Shown here: one piece after another, positions 23,075 through 35,525 of the stretch
How positions within the stretch are numbered: position 1 is the stretch's first letter
How the letters are laid out: each line of letters starts with the position of its first letter
Origin: Histomonas meleagridis 2922-C6/04-290x
Lineage: Eukaryota > Protista > Parabasalia
DNA: 64,000 nt
Direction of reading: 5' to 3'
NCBI GenBank assembly: GCA_020184695.1
Contig: JAANOX010000097.1
Span: 109,880 to 173,879 of the forward strand
The notes under the pieces: model-generated
Seen by the model: the letters and a program-made list of their open reading frames with translations, nothing else
What the model was told of the DNA's origin: nothing
The model's database searches: none
Translations under genes and position numbers: made by a program

Positions 23075-23809
23075 ATGATTTGCTAAACTACATCAAATTT
23101 GTTTCATTAAATTATATATTTTTATATAATTAGTTTTTGTTTTTAAGATAACATGAAAATAGACAATTAAAATTAGAAAGTAATCATTCATAATATATTT
23201 ATTCGTTATGATTTAAATTAATACTAAATACTATCTTTTGATAAGAGATATTTGCATAATCTTTCATTAATTTCATGTGTTTTCTTGGTTATGAAGTTGA
23301 ATAGTTCTCATAATTTAATAGAAAGTGTATAATAATATCTTTAATTTAGTGGATACATATGTAAATAATATTTTCATGTTTGTTATGAAATTTTATCAAA
23401 ATAATTTTAACTAATAGGTCTTTCTTTTTATAATTACAAATGCTTACTATATGGGTTAGAAAAAGCTTGATTCACTCCAATTTCAATCAATAAACGGGAT
23501 TTTACTTTTATTTTTAGGGTACTGTCAAAATTTCAAACAATTTTTTCTCTTTACCAAAAATGAGTTAACTTTAGATAAAGTTTATTAGTACACACATCTT
23601 ATATAATAAAACAATATTTTTAAAATTGATTTTATTCACTAGAATTCAGGATAGGGTCAATATTTACCCCTTTATATCATGAAATAATTTGACAATTTAT
23701 TGTAACCTTTTCATGTTGTTATCATAAGCGCTATATTAAATAAAGTAATGAAGTACCAAATTTTGTTTTAAAACATCAATTCATTAAAAGTAACACCAAA
23801 TATTGAAAA

Positions 23810-26477
23810 TAAGATCTTATTCTTCAAAATTATTATCTTTTTTCTTTCGTAGTAATTTTGCAATTTCCGTATGTCCATTTTGTTCTGCAAGCATAAGTGC
23901 TGTATAAAATGATATACATAATCACCAAATATAATTTTAAAATGTCAAATTATTAAATTAAACACAAAATAAAACTGAAAAATATTTTGTGCATTAATAT
24001 CAATTCTATTTTGCTTAAGAAGTAGTTTAACTATTTCTAAACGACCATTTTGAGCTGCAAGCATAAGAGCTGTATAAAATGTTTGATGTAAATTCCAAAT
24101 ATTATTTTAAAACATAAAATTATTAAAATAAAAACAAAATAAGAAAAACAAAACAGTATCAGCATTAATCCAAATTCCATTATCTATAAGTAATTGAACT
24201 ACTTCTAAATGGCCATTTTCAGCTGCAAGCATAAGTGAATTTTCAAATAATCAAAATATTTACCAAATATTAAATTGAAAAATAATTTGATTAAAATAAA
24301 TATTAAATAAATTGAATAAATATCTTCTGCATTAATATCAATTTCTTTTTGTTCAAGCAATAATCTGACAACTTCTGTATGACCACATTGAGATGCAACC
24401 ATAAGAGGAACCCAATATAATTTGAGCAATTTTCAAATATTGTTTTAAAACATAAAAATATTAAAATAAATTACAAATTCAATAATATAATATCATTTTT
24501 ATTGATATCAACTCCTTTATGTTCAAGAAACATTTTTACAATTTCTGTGTAACCTTCCTCACAAGCAATGAAAAATGCTGTTTTAAATGTTACAAAATAA
24601 TATTGAATATTATTTTTAAATTATAAATTATTCAATCATATACATAATAAAACAATTAAACATTTCTAGAATTGACTTAATCAAGAAGCAATTTAACTAT
24701 TACAGTGTGTCCATATTTAGTGGCTAACATTAAAGCAGTATTATATTTTTTGAATAATTTTCAAATATTATTTTAAAATATAAAATTATTAAACAAATTT
24801 TTATATAAAATAATTAGATATCTTTAGTATTAATTTTTACTTTTTCTAGATTCAAAAGAATTTTAACTATTCTTGTATAACCATTTTGAGATGCAAAAAT
24901 TAATGCGGTTTGAAATATTTTAAAATATCACCAAAAGTTATTATGAAATCCAAATTAATTCAAACAAATATAATGTAAAACTTAAAAAAATTATCTCTAT
25001 CATTTATATCAATTCTTTTTTGCGCAAGAAGTAATTCTGCTACATCAAAATGTTCCTTTTGAAGTGCCAATAAGAGCGCAGATCGAAATCATATAAATAA
25101 ATTCCAAATATTCTTTTAAAATTTTAAATTATTTCAATAGAAATTATCTTTAGCATTTATATTAATAGATTTTTGTTCAAGAAGAAAATTTACAAGTGCT
25201 TTACCACCTTTTTCAGATGCTTTAATAAGAGAAGTTTCAAATATTATTTTAATATATTCAATTAAATTAAAAAAACATAAACAAAATTAATTAACATTTT
25301 GAGGTGTGATATTAATATATTTGTTATTAAGAAGAAAATCAAAAAGTTCTTTGTTTCCACAAATCGTTGAAATTTTATAAAAATCTATTTGAATTGGTTT
25401 TATTTTGAGTAAATATTGTGCAATATATAAATTACCAGTTTCAATTGATGTGTTTATAAGTGAACTTCTGATTTTTATTTTCTTATTTTTGAAAAATGTA
25501 TAAAGTTCATAATTGTCATATAATATACATTTCTTTCCTAATTCCAATTTATTAATTCCCTCTAATTTGTTATCACAAATATATTTAAAGATATCATTTC
25601 GATGAAACATATTTGCTGTTTCATATGCACCTTCAAATGATGAATGATTTTGTTCACATAAATGAATGATTTCTTCATTTCCACCAGCAACTGCATATTT
25701 ACCTGTGTTATTTACATTTGAATTATTCATAAGTAAATATTTAAAACATTTAACTGAAGAAAAAAATGCTGCATAATCAAATAATGTAACATTTTCTTGA
25801 TTAATAAAAGAACATCTTTCATAAAGTGATGGTTCAATCATTTGGTTAAAGTCAAAGTTTGTTTGTGATGTTATTTCTTGAAGTTTTTCTATTTCATCAT
25901 TTCGAAATTTTTGCTATTTTATTTGGATTATGTCCTTCTTTAATTAATTGCTTATGAAGTTCCCAATTATTCTTTGAAAGCTCCTTAATGTTTTTAAAGA
26001 AGGCATCATAAAACTCATCATATTTAATTTTATTAATTTCTTTATTCGACATATAATGCGCAAAATATGATATTGATTTGAGTTTGCAAATTTTTGGTTT
26101 GACCAATTTTTTTCTACCATTTTTTGGATAAGATAGTTAGATTCTTGTGTAGAAATCTCTAGAAGAAATTGTGTAAATATATCAATTAATTTTTTATTTG
26201 AATTATCTTTGGATTCATTTTCCATTTCTTTTGATTCAAGTATTTTTAAATATTCGAAACATGCATTTTTGTGTTTCATTGTTATAAAATATGAATATAC
26301 AAGCCGACATATTATGATGTTAAATGAATATGGATGATCTTGATCAAAATATATAAAAGAAAAATCAACTGATTGTATGATATTATCATGATTTAAAGAA
26401 AAAATGTTTTGCCTAAGGCATTGTAATGTTTGTATATCTTGACTCCCAGATTTTATTTGACTCTGAATGCCTCCCAT
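23810..26477 (-). pseudogene. DUF3447/ankyrin locus with frameshifts and about 9 spacer-interrupted ankyrin repeats
   Basis: ORFs 25944..26477, 25897..26106 and 25287..25841; spacers measured at 66, 86, 83, 83, 83, 83, 84 and 83 nt. Confidence 0.75.
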
Positions 26478-26813
26478 TGTTGTAAAATTTAACGTTTAAA
26501 AGTGGATTGTTTACATGCATTGAATTGAAATGTGTTAAAATAAATTCAATTATGTTCCCTAATCATGATGTAAATTGTTTTTTTAAGCATAATTGTATTA
26601 TTCTTGTTTCTTGTGAAAAATGTGAACCAATTGCTTTTGCTATTTGTTTCTAAAATGTTCGAAATATCTATCAATTTGAATTTCATTTGTAACATAAAAA
26701 TTAATTTCAACAATCTTACACTTGTACGAATGGCTATTAAATAGGAGCTGATTACAATACATTCTTTTTATTCATTTTAAAACAAAACTTAGTTATAATT
26801 ATAATTATAAAAT

Positions 26814-27272
26814 TCAAAAATCTGGCCATGGTGATGGTTCTTCAAAATCAAACGCAAAATCCGGGAACTCTGACCAATCAACATAATCTGCATCATTTTC
26901 GTCATAATGATTCTGGGTGTCATCTTTTTCATCAAATGAAAGAGCATCATTCATACTTGGAGTTTTTGCATATTCAGGCTCGGATAACATATCAAATATG
27001 TTTATATTGTTGTTGACAGGCTCATTAATTAATGATATCTCACTTTTCTTATTTTGTCTTCTTTTTCTTATCACCTTAGCTCTCCTGACGTTGTATGGTT
27101 GATCTGTTTCAATTATCCTTGATATCTCTTCCAAGACTTCGTAAGCTTCTTTTGTGAAACTTTCATGTTTTATTTTCATCACATAGGTTTTATCATTAAC
27201 TTGGAATGTAAGAGTGGATGGTTTTACATAATTTTGAAATCTTCTTCCCATGTATGCAGAAAGTGAGATCAT
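26814..27272 (-). CDS. Hypothetical protein with an acidic/aromatic C-terminus
   Basis: 152-aa ATG ORF ending DWSEFPDFAFDFEEPSPWPDF. Confidence 0.6.
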   Translation of the reverse strand: MISLSAYMGRRFQNYVKPSTLTFQVNDKTYVMKIKHESFTKEAYEVLEEISRIIETDQPYNVRRAKVIRKRRQNKKSEISLINEPVNNNINIFDMLSEPEYAKTPSMNDALSFDEKDDTQNHYDENDADYVDWSEFPDFAFDFEEPSPWPDF

Positions 27273-28958
27273 ATTTTTATTTTGTCAAAGATCGCATTTA
27301 AAAATTTATATTTTGACAGTACCATTTTTTGGCAAATTGCAGAGCAAAATACTGATACACAGAATATTTCCTTTCATTATAGCATTAAATTTGACATGTC
27401 AAAAAAATCTGGTCCAAATCTTTTGACGCACTGTCAAAACCCAAGGCGTCGGCTAATCAATTATTTCAGATAACTCAATAAAAGAAGATTCTGACTTCGT
27501 TATTTTTGCAAAAAATGTCGATCTAAGATGAGGTTATTCGAAATCAAGCGTCAACTCGTTCATTAGTATGATTGCAATTATCCAATTATTAAAGAAAACA
27601 TTTTAAATTATGTTATCATTAATATTATATAGTTGATCATCTGATCTTGGAAATATGATATATCAATATAAATTAAAAGACAAGAAATCCAAAAATGAAA
27701 TATAAATCTTAAAATAATTTCGGAAATTATTAATTCATATTACTTCATATTGAATCAATATTATAATATATGTTAAATATCGCATATTGTTTTGTTAAAA
27801 ATTTCAATTTTCCTGCTCGTTACTGAATAATATAGGAGAAATTATTTAAAATATCTTTCGTTGGTCACATGACTTTTGATCAAAAGATTTATAACTTTTT
27901 CTTAATAAGTCATCAAAAAACCGTAAAATGGTCAGAAGTTTCTAAAATTCTGGGCTGAAATTTGAATTAGTTCAATAATTTAAATGTGAAATCACTTCAC
28001 ATTTTTATGTTTTTTTGAGCTTTACGAAGGATAAAGGCTAAAGAATGTGACATGAAAGAAAGTTTGCTTATAACTGATATAGAAAAGTTGTAATAAGGAT
28101 TTAGTGAAATTAGATCATTTCAAGTTAAAATTTTCATAAGAAACGCTTAATTATCAATGAAAAAAAATCGTATTTGGAATTTCCCGATTAAGTACATCAT
28201 GAAGCAAAATAATTATATGATACCAAAAGAAAGAACATTTGCTGCTATGAATCTAATTTTGTCAACTATGAACTAAAGTAATTGGAATTATGAATCTTCA
28301 AGGCGAATAAGAGAATTTTTGGTAAAGGTTACCGTTCTTATATCTATATATATAAATGTAAGGAATAATTTGTATGAAATGATCAAGCATAAATAACTGT
28401 ATGAAGTGACCTTAGTCGTCTAATTCTAATGCACATGCACTGTCACCTAATTTCACCAACGCGGCAAAAATTTTTATATATATTTATGCCACATCACTGG
28501 CCGAAAGTTTTTTAAAATTTCCTTAATAAGTCACATCACTTTTAATGGACCACCCGTAAAATTTGAATGAAAAACGTTTGTGTATTTGAAGCCTTACTTA
28601 GTCATCTTAACGTGCTTCGCGAATACTTCATCTTCTTATCGCTTCTGGATTGTACGTATTCAACGATCGTTTGCTTTTGATCCTTAGCCCTTCTCAACTA
28701 ACATTTCCATGATTTGTATAACCACTTTTTCATCTGGACAATATACTAAATTTGTGGGTCCTAACTTTCCATCTTTATCGAATCTATTAACATTTATGTT
28801 TTGGTGAGCACAATACGGATAATTTCGGGGTTGTTTGACATACATGCCTAATGTATTAATCCCATTCCATTTTGATTAGAATCAAGGTCAACAAGATGTA
28901 AATCGAGATGAATAAATTAAAAACTTGATCAGAAATGAAAAAAAAAAAAATTACATAT

Positions 28959-31900
28959 TTATTGATCTGAATAATCCGCCATTTCACTAGATGATGGAAA
29001 GTTTTCCATTCCTGAGCTTAAACTATTGGAAACGTCAATGTCAACAATGTCAGAGCTTTCATTTGAAACATCATTTTTTTGCTTTAAATTTTCCGTTTCA
29101 TTTTTTGAAGCTGATTTTGCATTATTACTCACATATATAACTTTATCTTCCGAATCAGAAGAAGCGCTCGAGCTTAAATTATTAACTTCTTGAATCTTAT
29201 TTTCTTTCGAAGAGTTGGTTGTACTTTGAACAGATTTCTTACTCAGTGATTCTGAGCTGGAACTCGAAATTTGAATCTCTTCAAATTCGTCTTCACTTAT
29301 TGAATTCCTTTCATTACTTATGTTACTAAATGCATCAGATTTGTTTTTTTCTTTTGTTTGTATGGTAGGTGTTGCAACTAAATGTTGTGGCTCTCCTTTA
29401 TCACTTAATGATTTGGATTTATTAACGCTTTCGTCTTTTGTTTCATTACTTTGTGATAAATGTTTTTCTTTTTTACTACTTGACGAATTAGCAACAAAAA
29501 CATTTTCTAATTTTGCTTCGGTATTTGTTGATGTTTGTGATGTGCGATTTGTATCTTTGTCACTTGATGAATTAGAAATTTTGATTTCTTCGAACTTTTC
29601 TTCTTTGTCACTCGAAATTGATGATTTATCCTCTTTGACATTATCATCTTCTTTTGTTTCGGTGTTTGATGCTAAATGTTTGTCTTCTTTATCGCTTGAT
29701 GAACTCGATGTTTTATCTTTTTTACTACTAAAACTAGATTTTGATTTGACTTCTTCTTTTGCTTCGGTGTTTGATGTTAAATGTTTGTCTTCTTTATCAC
29801 TTGATGAAGAGATTTTAATTTCTTCAAATTTTTCTTCTTTATCGCTGGAACTCGATTCTGATGATTTAACTTCTTCGATTTTTTTCTCTTCTTTTGCTTC
29901 GGTATTTGATGCGAAATGTTTATCATCTTTTTCACTCGTTGAATTTGAACTCTTATTTACTTTATCAGAACTCGTTTTTGATTTGTCATCTTTTGCTTCA
30001 GTATTTGATGCTAAATGTTTATCTTCTTTTTCACTTGATGAACTAGAAATTTTGATTTCTTCGAACTTTTCTTCTTTATCACTCGAAATTGATGATTTGC
30101 CTTCTTTGACATCATCATCTTTTGCTTCAGTATTTGATGTTAAATGTTTCCCTTCTTTTTCACTTGATGAACTAAAACTTTTATCTTTTTTACTACTAAA
30201 ACTAGATTTTGATTTGACTTCTTCTTTTGCTTCGGTATTTGATGTTAAATGTTTATCATCTTTATCACTTGATGAAGAGATTTTAATTTCTTCAAATTTT
30301 TCTTCTTTATCGCTGGAACTCGATTCTGATGATTTAACTTTTTCTTCTTCTTTAATTTCAATGTTTGGTTTTATTTGCAGTTTAGGTATTTCATTTTTAT
30401 CGCTTGAACTTGATGAATTAATTTCTTCTTTTGTTTCTATATTTTGTGATGAGTGTTTATCTTCATTATCACTTGATGAATTTGAACTTTTATTGGAAAC
30501 ATTTAGTTTCTCATGTTGTAATTGATTTTGGTTTTTATCAGTTATTGAATCAGAACTTTTTATTTTTTCGTTATCACTTGAACTTGACGATTTAACTTCT
30601 TCTATTTTTTCTTCTTCTTTTACATCAATATTAGATGATAAATGATTTTCTTCTTTATCATTTGATGAACTAGAAATTTTAACATCTTCAATTTTTTCTT
30701 CTTTATCACTAATAGAACTCGAACTTGATGAATTTGATTTATCAATTTTTTCTTCTTTTGCTTCAATATTTAGTGATATTTGTGGAATATGATTAATATC
30801 TTCTTTGTCACTTGTGCTTGAACTTGACAATTTAACCACTTCAATCTTTTCTTCTTCTTTATCGCCAAAACTCGAACTTGATTTGACTTTTTCATCTTCA
30901 TCTTTTGTTTCGATGTTTGTTTTCTCAATTGATAAAAGATTTTCATTTTTATTTGATTTATCTGAATCTGAATTTGATTTGTTTTCATTAGATATTTCAT
31001 TTTGTGCTTTTTCTTTATCTGATGAGTTAGAACTTGATTCATCAATACTAATTTCTTTGTCACCATTTTCACTTGATTTATTTCCATCAGATATTTTGTT
31101 TTTTTCTTTTCTTGAAGAGTTAGAACTTGATTCATCAATAATAATTTCTTTGTCACTTGATTCTGATGATTTACTTTCATTTGTTTCAACGTTTCCATCA
31201 TTTTGGGCTTCTTGTTTAATTTCTTTTTCATCTGATGAACTTGTGCTTGATTTGTCAACACTAATATCTTCAACATTTGATTCTGATTTAATTTCATTAT
31301 CATTTCCCTTTGTTTCAATATTTGGTAAAGAAAGTATTGACTTTTGATCTTTTTTGGCGCTTGAAGAATCTGAATTTGATACGTTTTCATTAGATATTTC
31401 ATTTTGTGCTTTTTCTTTAATTTCTTTTTCTTCTGATGAGCTTGAGCTTGATTTATCAATACCAATATCTTCAACACTTGATTCTGATGATTTGGATTTA
31501 GCATCATTTTCTTTTATTTCGATATTTAGTGGCGAAAGAATGGCTTTTTGCTGATCTTTTTCACTTGATTTACTTCCATCAGATATTTCATTTTGTGATT
31601 TTTCTTTAATTTCTTTTTCTTCTTCTGCTGATCTTAAACTTGAGTTTGATTTATCAACGCTAATGTCTTTAACACTTGATTCTGATGATTTAGATTTAGC
31701 ATCATTTTCTTTCGTTTCAATATTTGGTAGCGAAAGAATGGCCTTATTTCCATCAGATATTTCATTTTGCGTTTCTTCTTTAATTTCTTTTTCTTTTGAT
31801 GAACTTGAACTTGACTTATTTCTATCATTAGAACTTGAATCTGACGATTTGATTTCTTTAGTTTCAATATTTGTAACGATTTTACCTGATGAATCCGAAT

Positions 31901-34847
31901 TTTTATCTGATATTTTATAATTCTTTTCTTCATTTTGTGCTTCTGATTTATTTTCTTCATTTGATGAACTTGGAAAACTGATTCCATCCGAATTATCATT
32001 TTTATCACTTGAATCTGATGATTTTGATTTATTGGAATTTTCCTTAGTTTCAATTTTTGGTAATGAAAGTATTGACTTTTGTTCACCTTCTTTCCTTGAC
32101 GAATCTGTATCTGATTTATTTTTATCAGATATATCATTAATCTTTTCTTCAATTTGAGCTTCTTCTTTAATTTCCTTTTCTTCTGATATACTTGAACTTG
32201 AATTTGATTTATCAGCGCTAATGTCTTTATCGCTTGATTCTGATGATTTGGATTTAGCATCATTTTCTTTCGTTTCAATATTTGGTAGCGAAAGAATGGC
32301 CTTATTTTCATCTTTTTCTCTTGATTTATTTCCATCAGATTTTTCATTTTGCGTTTCTTCTTTAATTTCTTTTTCTTCTTCTGATGAGCTTGAACTTGAA
32401 TTTGATTTGTCAACGCTAATGTCTTTAACACTTGATTCTGATGATTTAGATTTAGCATCATTTTCTTTCGTTTCAATATTTGGTAGCGAAAGAATGGCCT
32501 TATTTTCATCTTTTTCACTTGATTTATTTCCATCAGATTTTTCATTTTGCGTTTCTTCTTTAATTTCTTTTTCTTTTGATGAGCTTGAAATTGACTTATT
32601 TCTATCATTAGAACTTGAATCTGACGATTTGTTTTCTTTTGCTTCTATATTTGGTGGTGAAATAATTGCATTGTTTTCTTTTTTGCTTGATGAATCTGAA
32701 CTTGATTTTGTGCTATCGGTTTTTTCATTTTGTTTTTCTGATTTTTCTTCTTCTATTGAGTTCATACTTGGAAAACTCAATTCATCAAAATTATCATTTT
32801 TATCACTTGAACTTGTTGACTTGTTTTCTTTTCTTTCAATTTTTTCTTCTTCTTTAGTCTCAATCTTTGGTAATGAAATCGTTTCCTTTTTGTTCGATGA
32901 ATCTGAGTTCGATTTACTTTCTTCAGACTTTTCACTCTTTTGTTCTATATTTGGTACTTCTAATTTTGTTTCTTCTTTGTTAATAGATGAATCTGAACTT
33001 GATTTTTCATTCTTTATTTGATCATCTTGCTTTTCTGATTTTGTTTCTTCTTCTGTTGAATTTATGCTTGGGAAGCCTAATTCATCAAAATTATCATTTT
33101 TATCACTTGAGCTTGATGACTTGTTTTCTTTAGTTTCAATCTTTGGTGATGAAAGTTTTGCATTTTGTTCTTCTTTTTTACTTGACAAATCTGAACTTGA
33201 TTTTCCACTTTTCGTTTCCTCATTTGGTATTTCCGATTTTGTTTCTTCCTTTAATAAACTTGAACTTGGGAAAGTTAACTCATCAAAATTATCATTTTTA
33301 TCACTTCTTTCTGATGATTCCTTTGTTTCAATCTTTGGTGATGAAAGTTTTGTATTTTGTTCTTTTTTACTCGACGAATCTGAACTTGATTTCTCACTTT
33401 TCGTTTCCTCATTTGGTATTTCCGATTTTGTTTCTTCCTTTAATAAACTTGAACTTGGGAAAGTTAACTCATCAAAATTATCATTTTTATCACTTCTTTC
33501 TGATGATTCCTTTGTTTCAATCTTTGGTGATGAAAGCTTTTCTTTATCAATTGATGATTCAGAATATGATTTTGCACTTATACTTTCATCATTTTGTGTT
33601 TCTGATTTAATTTCTTCTTTGGAAGAACTTGAAATATCCTCTACAATTGAATCAATACTTGGAGTAACAATTGTTGACTCATTTTCTTTAGTATTTATTG
33701 ATGAAAATGAATTTTCAATTTGAATTTCACTTTCTTTTTGTGAATATTTAGAAGAATTAAATTCAATTTCATTTGATGATGAATTTGTCTTTTGTAATTC
33801 ACTTTCTTCTTTTTGCTTTTTATTAGAACTTTTTGCTTTGTTTTTTCCACTTTTTGAAAATGATCTTTGTGTTCGATATTTTTGTTCTCTTTTCTTTCGT
33901 TCATTTTCTTCTCTTTCTTTTTCAAGCATTTTATCTCTTTCATTATTAATTTTTGATATTTCACTTACGTATTTCCTCTTTTGTGTGTTCAAATCATCCT
34001 CAGACACTTTATATTTTTCTGTTTCGCGTTTAAGTTTTTCTTTAAGTTTCTGTATTTCAGGTGAAGAATCAACATCTAAAGGCTTCTTCTTTTCTGTTGC
34101 TTTAGAAAGCTCTTCACTTAATTCATTGTTTTTTTGAATTGCTTTCTTGATTTCAGCATTCAATTTCCCTATCGTTTTCTCATTTTCATTGAATTTTTTG
34201 TAATTTGACGTTTTTTCAAATGAATCAATGTAATTTTGATTCGCTTGTATTTGTTGCTCCATTTCATAACATTCCTCAGAAATATTATGAATTTCTGTTT
34301 TAGCTTCATGAATTTCAGTCTCAAGATCTGATATGCCTTTTGGAGAAAAATCCCGTTTAAGTTTGGAAATTTGATCTGACAACTTATCACTTTCTTGTTG
34401 AAGTTGGGATATTGATTCTTCTAATTCTCGTTGATTTAGTGATAAAATTATTTCTTTTGATTCACCTCGATTTTTTGTTACAAAATATCTATCTACTTCA
34501 TTTTGCTTTTTTTGTTCTTCATCAAGTTTTTTATATGCTTCTCGAAGAGGATGTAATTCTGATAGTAAACTTGCAATTTCATTTTGGATTGATAATTTTT
34601 GCATTCTTAATGTTTCATATTCATAATATTCTGTTTTTTGAGGAGACGCTCTAATTGTACTTGATGGTTGTAAACTTGGATTATATGAAATTAAATTTGA
34701 TGATTTTTTGATTGTTTTTGGTGATGCCCTGGTTTTAATAGAATGTATATTTCGAGTTATATTTTGATGTGCTCTTCTACGGTCTGATTCTTGTGTAAAA
34801 ACTAATCGATCCTGCTCGCGTAAACGACGAAAAGAAAAATCATCCAT
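28959..34847 (-). CDS. 1962-aa protein: N-terminal coiled coil followed by Ser/Lys/Glu-rich internal repeats
   Basis: 5.9-kb uninterrupted ORF; residues about 75-330 look coiled-coil; repeat families such as KLSSPKIETKE..DNFDEL, ILSLPNIETKENDAKSKSSESS and SSDKEEKFEEIKISSSS. Confidence 0.85.
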   Translation of the reverse strand: MDDFSFRRLREQDRLVFTQESDRRRAHQNITRNIHSIKTRASPKTIKKSSNLISYNPSLQPSSTIRASPQKTEYYEYETLRMQKLSIQNEIASLLSELHPLREAYKKLDEEQKKQNEVDRYFVTKNRGESKEIILSLNQRELEESISQLQQESDKLSDQISKLKRDFSPKGISDLETEIHEAKTEIHNISEECYEMEQQIQANQNYIDSFEKTSNYKKFNENEKTIGKLNAEIKKAIQKNNELSEELSKATEKKKPLDVDSSPEIQKLKEKLKRETEKYKVSEDDLNTQKRKYVSEISKINNERDKMLEKEREENERKKREQKYRTQRSFSKSGKNKAKSSNKKQKEESELQKTNSSSNEIEFNSSKYSQKESEIQIENSFSSINTKENESTIVTPSIDSIVEDISSSSKEEIKSETQNDESISAKSYSESSIDKEKLSSPKIETKESSERSDKNDNFDELTFPSSSLLKEETKSEIPNEETKSEKSSSDSSSKKEQNTKLSSPKIETKESSERSDKNDNFDELTFPSSSLLKEETKSEIPNEETKSGKSSSDLSSKKEEQNAKLSSPKIETKENKSSSSSDKNDNFDELGFPSINSTEEETKSEKQDDQIKNEKSSSDSSINKEETKLEVPNIEQKSEKSEESKSNSDSSNKKETISLPKIETKEEEKIERKENKSTSSSDKNDNFDELSFPSMNSIEEEKSEKQNEKTDSTKSSSDSSSKKENNAIISPPNIEAKENKSSDSSSNDRNKSISSSSKEKEIKEETQNEKSDGNKSSEKDENKAILSLPNIETKENDAKSKSSESSVKDISVDKSNSSSSSSEEEKEIKEETQNEKSDGNKSREKDENKAILSLPNIETKENDAKSKSSESSDKDISADKSNSSSSISEEKEIKEEAQIEEKINDISDKNKSDTDSSRKEGEQKSILSLPKIETKENSNKSKSSDSSDKNDNSDGISFPSSSNEENKSEAQNEEKNYKISDKNSDSSGKIVTNIETKEIKSSDSSSNDRNKSSSSSSKEKEIKEETQNEISDGNKAILSLPNIETKENDAKSKSSESSVKDISVDKSNSSLRSAEEEKEIKEKSQNEISDGSKSSEKDQQKAILSPLNIEIKENDAKSKSSESSVEDIGIDKSSSSSSEEKEIKEKAQNEISNENVSNSDSSSAKKDQKSILSLPNIETKGNDNEIKSESNVEDISVDKSSTSSSDEKEIKQEAQNDGNVETNESKSSESSDKEIIIDESSSNSSRKEKNKISDGNKSSENGDKEISIDESSSNSSDKEKAQNEISNENKSNSDSDKSNKNENLLSIEKTNIETKDEDEKVKSSSSFGDKEEEKIEVVKLSSSSTSDKEDINHIPQISLNIEAKEEKIDKSNSSSSSSISDKEEKIEDVKISSSSNDKEENHLSSNIDVKEEEKIEEVKSSSSSDNEKIKSSDSITDKNQNQLQHEKLNVSNKSSNSSSDNEDKHSSQNIETKEEINSSSSSDKNEIPKLQIKPNIEIKEEEKVKSSESSSSDKEEKFEEIKISSSSDKDDKHLTSNTEAKEEVKSKSSFSSKKDKSFSSSSEKEGKHLTSNTEAKDDDVKEGKSSISSDKEEKFEEIKISSSSSEKEDKHLASNTEAKDDKSKTSSDKVNKSSNSTSEKDDKHFASNTEAKEEKKIEEVKSSESSSSDKEEKFEEIKISSSSDKEDKHLTSNTEAKEEVKSKSSFSSKKDKTSSSSSDKEDKHLASNTETKEDDNVKEDKSSISSDKEEKFEEIKISNSSSDKDTNRTSQTSTNTEAKLENVFVANSSSSKKEKHLSQSNETKDESVNKSKSLSDKGEPQHLVATPTIQTKEKNKSDAFSNISNERNSISEDEFEEIQISSSSSESLSKKSVQSTTNSSKENKIQEVNNLSSSASSDSEDKVIYVSNNAKSASKNETENLKQKNDVSNESSDIVDIDVSNSLSSGMENFPSSSEMADYSDQ

Positions 34848-34867
34848 TTTTATTTAAAACGTATATC

Positions 34868-34894
34868 TTAACGGTCGATAACGGAGACCGTTAA
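34868..34894. promoter_or_regulatory. Palindromic M3-like element in a ~70-bp divergent promoter
   Basis: TTAACGGTC-N9-GACCGTTAA between head-to-head ATGs at 34847 and 34917. Confidence 0.5.
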
Positions 34895-34916
34895 TTATCT
34901 GCAAGTAGCAAAGCAT

Positions 34917-35525
34917 ATGCAGGATGGAAATTCCATAATAAAAGCTTGGAATCTTGTAAAAACCGGTGACATTGAGTATCTAATGGAAATTGTTCCTCGA
35001 GAAGTTGATCCAAATTCGTCAATTCCAGATCGAAAGTGTGATATTCGAAATCTTTTAAGTGCAGCTGCTGCTTATGGATCTTTAGAATGTCTGCAATTTT
35101 TAGCAGACAATGGTGGTGATCTTAATTGCATTTCCAGAAATGGATATACTCTTCTTCATTGGGCAGCTTTTGGTGGTTGGGACGATGTTATTTACTATTT
35201 GATAGGTAAAAATCTATCAGTAGATGCAGCTGATAACAACAAGCAAACTGCTTTACATATCGCATGTGTTTGTGGACACGAATCAACAGTACTCCTTCTA
35301 ATTGAAAACTGTGCTCACATTGATCACCCAGCAATGTTTAAATGGACCCCATTACATTTTGCAATAGCATATGGACAGAAAGATGTTTGCAAAATATTGC
35401 TTTCGAAAGGTGCAAAAATTGACTTGAAAGACGATCTTGGGCGAAACGCAGAAGTTTTAGCGCATGAATATAAGCGGTCGTGGTGGGATAGTGTTGTATC
35501 TGAAGTGAAGGAACAATTATCGTAA
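34917..35525 (+). CDS. Ankyrin-repeat protein with canonical, uninterrupted repeats
   Basis: GYTLLHWAA, KQTALHIAC and KWTPLHFAI repeats at 33-aa spacing. Confidence 0.9.
   Translation: MQDGNSIIKAWNLVKTGDIEYLMEIVPREVDPNSSIPDRKCDIRNLLSAAAAYGSLECLQFLADNGGDLNCISRNGYTLLHWAAFGGWDDVIYYLIGKNLSVDAADNNKQTALHIACVCGHESTVLLLIENCAHIDHPAMFKWTPLHFAIAYGQKDVCKILLSKGAKIDLKDDLGRNAEVLAHEYKRSWWDSVVSEVKEQLS

Noticed and set aside
29320-34654. Long antisense and alternate-frame ORFs over the 1962-aa gene
   Set aside because: Shadow frames produced by low-complexity Ser/Lys/Glu codons; no independent motifs
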